The notes under the pieces were generated by a model, which saw only the letters and a program-made list of their open reading frames with translations, was not told the DNA's origin and searched no databases. Positions 58,043-64,000 of a stretch of 64,000 nucleotides of DNA are shown here, piece after piece. The DNA is from a virus. The DNA lies in IMG/VR virus record IMGVR_UViG_3300037294_000405, positions 1-64,000 of that record; one strand, written 5' to 3'. Position numbers and translations under genes: made by a program. The first letter of the stretch is position 1. Each line of letters begins with the position of its first letter.

Positions 58043-58687
58043 ATGGCTTTACCGTTAAATGGTCAAATAAGTATCGGGATGATTAGAACTGAATTAGGTA
58101 TACCTAATCAAAGCCCATTTTCGTTAAATACATCTGTTCTACAAAACTATGTAACTTTAAACCAATTCAGCCCATATCTACCATCTGAAGCTAGATTATC
58201 TTCTTGGCGTGGATATGACCACACATCTGGAGGGGGTGGGTTACCTAGTGGTAGTTATGAACTATACTTAGCTTGGGGTGAAACTAAAGCTTCAAGTTGT
58301 ATAGGGTTAGTATATACATATTATACAGATGGGGTTACTTTAGATGAATCCACAGTTTTATATACTGTATATGGTCAAACGGACCCTTCATATTTAGCAC
58401 AAGCTGGGTGGTATTCAGACGGGTTATTTTCAATATATTGGGATGGTTCTGGTTTTGTTGGGGTTCTTTCACTTTGTCGTAGACCATCATTTGTATTATA
58501 TGATAATTGCTTTTTCGGACAAAAATTAGGTAGTTTTTATTTAGAAAACGATGATTTTTCAACATCTAATTATATATACACAGATGATGAGTTAAGAAAA
58601 GTATATAATTATCAAGGTATTGTTTCAGATAACACTTACTATAGAAACTACGATTCGAAAGGTTTAGGTGAATTAAATAATTGTTAA
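58043..58687 (+). CDS. Tail-fibre-tip/adhesin-associated protein
   Basis: MALPLNGQISIGMIRTELG N-terminus typical of genes following S74 fibres; aromatic-rich C-terminus. Confidence 0.65.
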   Translation: MALPLNGQISIGMIRTELGIPNQSPFSLNTSVLQNYVTLNQFSPYLPSEARLSSWRGYDHTSGGGGLPSGSYELYLAWGETKASSCIGLVYTYYTDGVTLDESTVLYTVYGQTDPSYLAQAGWYSDGLFSIYWDGSGFVGVLSLCRRPSFVLYDNCFFGQKLGSFYLENDDFSTSNYIYTDDELRKVYNYQGIVSDNTYYRNYDSKGLGELNNC

Positions 58688-58693
58688 TAATTT

Positions 58694-59326
58694 ATGAAAA
58701 ACACATCGGTTTACGGAAAAACGTTCTTTTATCAAAAAGGACCAATAGTTACAACACTACCATGGTCTAGACCAGACCATTTAAAAATGAGAGCTTTTTT
58801 TGAAGACATTAGAGATAACACGTCTATAATGGAAAGATATGATTTATATATCTTAGGAGGCGTTCTTTGGGATTATAAAAACACTTGGGATTTGGATATA
58901 AACATTACAGGACCGATTGAAAACTACATTAAGCTAGAAGAAGATTTTTCTAAGTTATATGACTTAGCTTTAAATAAACACAAAATACTTATAGATGTAT
59001 CTTGGGTGAGTGAAAGACCTTTAGATAGAAATTATGAAGAATTAGAAAATTCTAACTTTATGGGAGAAGACATAGATTCAATAAGATTTTCTTACACAAA
59101 AAAACAGATAGGTGATGTATTAAACGAAATAGATTTATCTATATTAGCAAAAGAAGAAGATAGAATAACTAACAATTTGGTAAAAAACAATTGGTCAAAC
59201 TGGAAAATAAAAAAAGGGCTTGTTGATAAGTTAAAGAATATAAGTCCTAAGAAAGCAATTATAACCTACCCAGTAGAAACTTTTTTAAATAATAACGATG
59301 AACACTATTATTTAAACATAAATTAA
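58694..59326 (+). CDS. Putative Pol-beta-superfamily nucleotidyltransferase
   Basis: LYILGG-x8-WDLDI motif and distal LIDV. Confidence 0.55.
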   Translation: MKNTSVYGKTFFYQKGPIVTTLPWSRPDHLKMRAFFEDIRDNTSIMERYDLYILGGVLWDYKNTWDLDINITGPIENYIKLEEDFSKLYDLALNKHKILIDVSWVSERPLDRNYEELENSNFMGEDIDSIRFSYTKKQIGDVLNEIDLSILAKEEDRITNNLVKNNWSNWKIKKGLVDKLKNISPKKAIITYPVETFLNNNDEHYYLNIN

Positions 59327-59357
59327 AAACCATGTGGTAGATAAACGAATAATTATT

Positions 59358-59507
59358 TTATTCATCATATAAATCTTTTTTAGGTGTACATTTTTCCCTA
59401 ATTAATTTTTCAACGAAAGCAAACATTTTTAACCCGTTATCATCACAATACTTTTTTAAAAGTTCGTGAGTGGTTGGTGTTATTTTTAAGTTTTTATCCC
59501 TTTTCAT
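59358..59507 (-). CDS. Ribbon-helix-helix DNA-binding protein
   Basis: KNLKITPTTHELLKKYCDDNGLKMFAFVEKLI; ATG at 59507. Confidence 0.7.
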   Translation of the reverse strand: MKRDKNLKITPTTHELLKKYCDDNGLKMFAFVEKLIREKCTPKKDLYDE

Positions 59508-59671
59508 AATGTTTTTTGATATAAGTATTTCAAAAGTATGACAAAAGTATGAAAAAAAACACACTAAAACGAATTTATCTTTTTAATCATCCCTACTTTT
59601 GAGAAAAACTTAATATTTATAATAAAGAAAACTATAAAGTAAATAATAACAAAAAATAAAATCTTAAAAAA

Positions 59672-62530
59672 ATGGCAACAAAAGTATTCGTAAGTCCTGG
59701 TGTTTATACTTCAGAAAAAGACTTAAGTTTTATTACACGTCAAGTAGGTGTTACAACATTGGGGTTAGTTGGAGAAACAACAATAGGACCAGCTTTTCAA
59801 CCAATCTTTGTTAGCAACTATGGTGAATTTCAATCTTTCTTTGGTGGTACAAACCCAGCAAAAATAAAAGACAACGGAGCACCAAAATATGAACTTCCAT
59901 ACATTGCAAAATCATATTTAACACAATCTAACCAATTATTCGTAACTAGAGTATTAGGTTTTTCTGGTTTCTATGCTGGTTTATCGTGGGGTATTACACT
60001 TCAAGGTGCATTAGACCCAGCTACAGTTGTAGCAAGTGCTACCAATACTTATACTGGTGGTACCTCTGATTCATTAATTTCATTTACCGCAACATCTGCT
60101 GGTACTATTGTTACTCTTGTTTCCGCTGAACCAATTATTCAAGACCTTATCGATAACGGAATATTAGATAGTACATTATCTGTATTACCTTTTTCAAATA
60201 TAGGATACGCTTCTCAAATTGGCGCTAACTATATTAAAAACGGTGCTAATTTTAGTGGGGCCGAATTTAGTGTTTATTTAGACGCTAAAGGTCAAGACCC
60301 ATCTGGTGCTTTTATTACAGGTACAACTAGTGGTGTTACTACATTATATAATGGTACTGCTTATGTTGATGTTGAAAATAAATTAGTAGCGTTATTACGC
60401 TCTAGAGGTGGAATTAACTCAGATACACAGTACCCAGCATTCGAAGTTACTGGCGTAACAAACGCTGTTGTGTTTGACCCAAATGTTGTTGGTGCAATAA
60501 CTAATCCATTAGGTGATTTTGCTTTAACTGGTGTTTCTAATACCCAAGGTTTATTTAACAACTTAATGTCTTTGGATAAAACTAAAAAGAACTATTTACC
60601 TAGAGTATTAGGTAGAACAGTTCCAGATGGTAATACACCATTGTTCCTTGAAGAATTTTATGACAAAATGTTTGAAACTCTTAATGACAACGATAAAATA
60701 TACGGTATTAACTATGATGTTGTTGAATATAATGATGAATTTTCTGATTATCAACAACAATTCCAACCAGCTGTAACACCTTATGTTGTATCTGAGTTAC
60801 GTGGTAATAAATTATTAAGATTATTCAGATTCTGGACTATATCTGATGGTAACGCTGCTAATGAACAATTTAAAATATCTATTAGAAATATTAAATTGGA
60901 CACTAAAGAATTTGATGTTGTAGTTAGAGCTTTCTTCGATACTGATGCTCAACCAACAGTATTGGAAGCTTTTGGCCGTTGTACAATGGACCCAACTTCT
61001 AACAACTATATTGGTAGAAGAATAGGTACACTTGATGGTTTTTATCCTTCTAAATCTTCTTATGTGTTGTGTGAATTAGATGAATCATCTAACACTAGCG
61101 ATGCGTTCCCAGCTGGTTTCGTGGGTTACCCAATACGTGATTACCAATTAAATTCTAACACTACGGTTGTTGACCCTAAGTTAACTTACAAAACTGAATA
61201 TGGTGCATTTGAAAACAAACGTAAATATTATTTAGGTATTTCTGAAACTATGGGTATTGACGCTGATTTCTTTGATTACAAAGGTAAACCACAAACAATA
61301 TCTCCAGATATGTGGACAGGTATGACAAATGGTTTCCACATGGATATAGATGCATCTGCTTCTACAATCGATAACGTAACTATGGTTATTAATAGCACGG
61401 GTGGTACTTATAGTCCAATCTTCTTGTTCGACACAGGTGACTGGCAATTTAGAACTGATAGTGGGTTGGTTAATGGACCATACGAAAAAATTTACGCTCG
61501 TAAATTTACATTTGCACCATATGGTGGATATGATGGATGGGATATTTATAGAACTAGAAGAAGTAATTTAGATAGTTTTATTATCAACGGTACTAACGGT
61601 GCTAAAGGTAAAGATTCACAAGCATTTAAAATTAAAACACTTACAAATGGTGACATTGGTATTAACTCTGATTACTATGCTTATTTAGAAGCTATCTGGA
61701 CATTCAAAAACCCAGAAGCTGTTAATGTTAGTGTATTTGCTACGCCTGGTATTGATAATTTTGACAACACTAATTTAATTGAAGCAACTATTGATATGAT
61801 TGAAACCGATAGAGCTGACTCATTATACATTATGACAACTCCAGACACTGACGGTGGTGATGTGATGGGTGTAGAAGACGTAACTGATTTCTTAGATGGA
61901 ATGTACGATAGTAACTACTCATGTACTTACTGGCCTTGGATTCAAGTAAACGATACAGAAAACAACGTTTATATTTTCATGCCACCAACAAGAGATGTAG
62001 TAAGAAACATTGCTTTAACTGACAACATTTCATTCCCATGGTTCGCAGTTGCTGGTATTCAAAGAGGTGATGTTGATGCTGTACAAGCTCGTAAAAAATT
62101 GACTCTTGCTGAAAGAGATGAGCTTTATGATAACAGAATTAACCCAATTGCTACTTTCACATCTGACGGTATTAAAATTTGGGGTAATAAAACGTTACAA
62201 GTTAAAGAGTCTGCTCTTAACAGAATTAACGTTAGAAGATTGTTATTACAAGCTAGAAAACTTATTTCTGCCGTATCTATCAGATTGTTGTTTGAACAAA
62301 ACGATAGTGTTGTTAGAAACCAATTCTTAGCACTTGTAAACCCAATCTTGGATAACATTAGAAGTGAGAGAGGTTTAACCGACTTCCGTGTGGTTCTTTC
62401 AAACGACCCAGAGGACATCGATAGAAACCAATTGACTGGTCAAATCTTCTTGAAACCGACTAGAGCTTTAGAGTTCATTCAATTAGAATTCGTAATTATG
62501 AATACAGGTGCGTCTTTCGACAATATCTAA
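59672..62530 (+). CDS. Tail sheath protein (gp18-like)
   Basis: VSPGVYTSEKD; YWPW, PWFAVAG, RINPI, WGNKTL, RINVRRL, LFEQND, KPTRALEFI. Confidence 0.96.
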   Translation: MATKVFVSPGVYTSEKDLSFITRQVGVTTLGLVGETTIGPAFQPIFVSNYGEFQSFFGGTNPAKIKDNGAPKYELPYIAKSYLTQSNQLFVTRVLGFSGFYAGLSWGITLQGALDPATVVASATNTYTGGTSDSLISFTATSAGTIVTLVSAEPIIQDLIDNGILDSTLSVLPFSNIGYASQIGANYIKNGANFSGAEFSVYLDAKGQDPSGAFITGTTSGVTTLYNGTAYVDVENKLVALLRSRGGINSDTQYPAFEVTGVTNAVVFDPNVVGAITNPLGDFALTGVSNTQGLFNNLMSLDKTKKNYLPRVLGRTVPDGNTPLFLEEFYDKMFETLNDNDKIYGINYDVVEYNDEFSDYQQQFQPAVTPYVVSELRGNKLLRLFRFWTISDGNAANEQFKISIRNIKLDTKEFDVVVRAFFDTDAQPTVLEAFGRCTMDPTSNNYIGRRIGTLDGFYPSKSSYVLCELDESSNTSDAFPAGFVGYPIRDYQLNSNTTVVDPKLTYKTEYGAFENKRKYYLGISETMGIDADFFDYKGKPQTISPDMWTGMTNGFHMDIDASASTIDNVTMVINSTGGTYSPIFLFDTGDWQFRTDSGLVNGPYEKIYARKFTFAPYGGYDGWDIYRTRRSNLDSFIINGTNGAKGKDSQAFKIKTLTNGDIGINSDYYAYLEAIWTFKNPEAVNVSVFATPGIDNFDNTNLIEATIDMIETDRADSLYIMTTPDTDGGDVMGVEDVTDFLDGMYDSNYSCTYWPWIQVNDTENNVYIFMPPTRDVVRNIALTDNISFPWFAVAGIQRGDVDAVQARKKLTLAERDELYDNRINPIATFTSDGIKIWGNKTLQVKESALNRINVRRLLLQARKLISAVSIRLLFEQNDSVVRNQFLALVNPILDNIRSERGLTDFRVVLSNDPEDIDRNQLTGQIFLKPTRALEFIQLEFVIMNTGASFDNI

Positions 62531-62553
62531 TCATAAAAACATATTTAAACATC

Positions 62554-62579
62554 AAAGCTTCCATAACGGAAGCTTTTTT
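62554..62579 (+). terminator. Intrinsic terminator
   Basis: AAAGCTTCC-ATAAC-GGAAGCTTTTTT. Confidence 0.88.
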
Positions 62580-62611
62580 GTTTTATAAGATATTTATAAT
62601 AAAATAATATT

Positions 62612-63001
62612 ATGGCTAGGCTAAAAATTACACAAGAACAATATAACAAAATTATTTTACATGAACAAGCTTCACGTTCATCGTTGTTAGTTGAAACGAC
62701 AAATGAAGTTGTTTTAGGTGTTGCAAAGTTAGCTGGGTTAAAACTATCTGGTCAAAACGAAATAATCGCTAACAAAGCTTTAAATGACGCTAAAACTATG
62801 GGTTTAATCAAATCTACGTTAGAGGACGAAAATAAAGTTAAAGAATTGGTTGGTAAAATGGAAGAAAAAGGTATGAAGGACGTTGAAAGTTTTTTATCTA
62901 AGAATGTTGATTCGTTAGTTAAAAAATATAACCAATACGCAAAATCTGAAAAATTAGATTTTATATCAAAAACAAACCTTTTAGATTTAGGTAGTAAGTA
63001 A
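62612..63001 (+). CDS. Hypothetical late protein (possible internal head protein)
   Basis: MARLKITQEQYNKIILHE N-terminus; ATATTTAT motif at 62590. Confidence 0.7.
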   Translation: MARLKITQEQYNKIILHEQASRSSLLVETTNEVVLGVAKLAGLKLSGQNEIIANKALNDAKTMGLIKSTLEDENKVKELVGKMEEKGMKDVESFLSKNVDSLVKKYNQYAKSEKLDFISKTNLLDLGSK

Positions 63002-63285
63002 TTCACATAATAAGTCATAAACAACATCTATAACTTGTTTAGTATTTAAAGTAGTTGAATCTTCATTCGTTAACAATTTTTCATTATATTTTAATAAATA
63101 TAACTCATGAAATTCTTCAATTGGTAATGGGTTATCGATATCATTTTTAGATAAAATACCATAAACAAAACCACAAACTTTTTACTATCAATATAAGTAA
63201 CCCAATCACAAATATCTAAATATTCGTCTATACTTTTATCATATTGTTCAAATAATTCTTTTTTAGTGATTTTGATTTCTTTCAT
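62987..63285 (-). pseudogene. Small gene interrupted by a -1 frameshift (or programmed frameshift) near 63180
   Basis: After AGT AAA AAG the -1 frame continues VCGFVYGILSKNDIDNPLPIEEFHELY...LLCELLTT*; TACCTTTG element at 63304-63311. Confidence 0.55.
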
Positions 63286-63458
63286 GATATTTATATTAAA
63301 GGACAAAGGTACGATTTTTTTTTTGACATTTACTAGTATATTTTTAAAAATGATTATATTTATAGGTAAGAAGAAAAATCTAAGAAAAAATTCTTAAAAA
63401 ATAACTCTTATGATATTTATTATTAAATAAGAACAACTAAAATTAAAAACACAAAGAC

Positions 63459-63947
63459 ATGCCTGATTTATTGATGAAAATGCCCTTACCATACGAACCT
63501 AAGAAAAAGAATCGTTGGTTAATTACATTCCCAGCAGATTTGGGTATCCAACAATGGTGGTTAGCATCTGCTTCTAGACCTTCAATTACACAAAATGAAG
63601 TTGAAATCCCGTTTCTTAACACATCTACTTGGGTAATCGGTAGATTTACTTGGGAAGCAATTGATGTAACATTCCGTGACCCAATCGGTCCTTCTGCTAC
63701 ACAAGCAATTATGGAGTGGGTACGTCTTCACTCTGAATCAATCACAGGTCGTCAAGGTTACGCTGCTGGTTACAAACGTCCAGTTGAACTTGAAATGCTT
63801 GACCCAACGGGTGTTGTTATCGAAAAATGGTTACTTGATGGAACAATGTTAACTAACGTTGGATTTGGTGACTTATCAATGGATGATGATGGTATTGCTG
63901 AAATTACAGCAACCCTTAGATTTGATAGAGCAATTTTATTATTCTAA
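63459..63947 (+). CDS. Tail tube protein (gp19-like)
   Basis: YEPKKKNRW, ASRPSI, GRFTWEAIDVTFRD, LDPTGVVIEKW, ATLRFDRA. Confidence 0.92.
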   Translation: MPDLLMKMPLPYEPKKKNRWLITFPADLGIQQWWLASASRPSITQNEVEIPFLNTSTWVIGRFTWEAIDVTFRDPIGPSATQAIMEWVRLHSESITGRQGYAAGYKRPVELEMLDPTGVVIEKWLLDGTMLTNVGFGDLSMDDDGIAEITATLRFDRAILLF

Positions 63948-64000
63948 TTATTATTTCTAAGGCTAAAAAGATGGTAAACCTAAACCTAAAGCTAATAGAG

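Noticed and set aside
62612-63306. Tail assembly chaperone frameshift pair
   Set aside because: The frameshifted ORF is antisense to the tail genes and upstream of the tube gene, not in the chaperone position
1-64000. Genome-wide stop-codon reassignment (TAG to Gln)
   Set aside because: Long genes are intact under code 11 and several end cleanly at TAG (13309, 19277, 23826, 46024)
1-64000. CRISPR array, tRNA or rRNA genes, group I introns
   Set aside because: No repeat-spacer pattern or cloverleaf seen; intergenic gaps are short; HEG flanks are too short for an intron core

Overview
AT-rich fragment of a large (jumbo-type) myovirus genome with T4-superfamily morphogenesis genes: terminase, portal, prohead protease, scaffold, major capsid, neck gp13/gp14, tail terminator, sheath, tube and three tail fibres. 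It also carries a family-B DNA polymerase, a SNF2/HARP-type helicase, a gp55-like sigma factor, PhoH, nucleotide-metabolism genes and a large glycosyltransferase island. TAnnTTTG promoters and A-rich, SD-less starts point to a Bacteroidota host (inference). The window is heavily invaded by selfish elements: three inteins (two separated by only 9 aa, one of them Gln-ending; one class-3 Ala-start intein) and four free-standing endonuclease genes. Main pattern: three unrelated endonuclease genes each sit inside the terminus of a host gene and supply a recoded replacement terminus, leaving the old terminus orphaned. A fourth locus (helicase) shows the same double terminus without a nuclease, and the fourth endonuclease appears to split a terminator. 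Other unexplained signals: a 12-bp inverted repeat bracketing one whole transcription unit whose leader can fold two ways, and three U-ANAU-A hairpins ahead of a tail fibre gene. All protein calls come from motif recognition by eye, not database searches.
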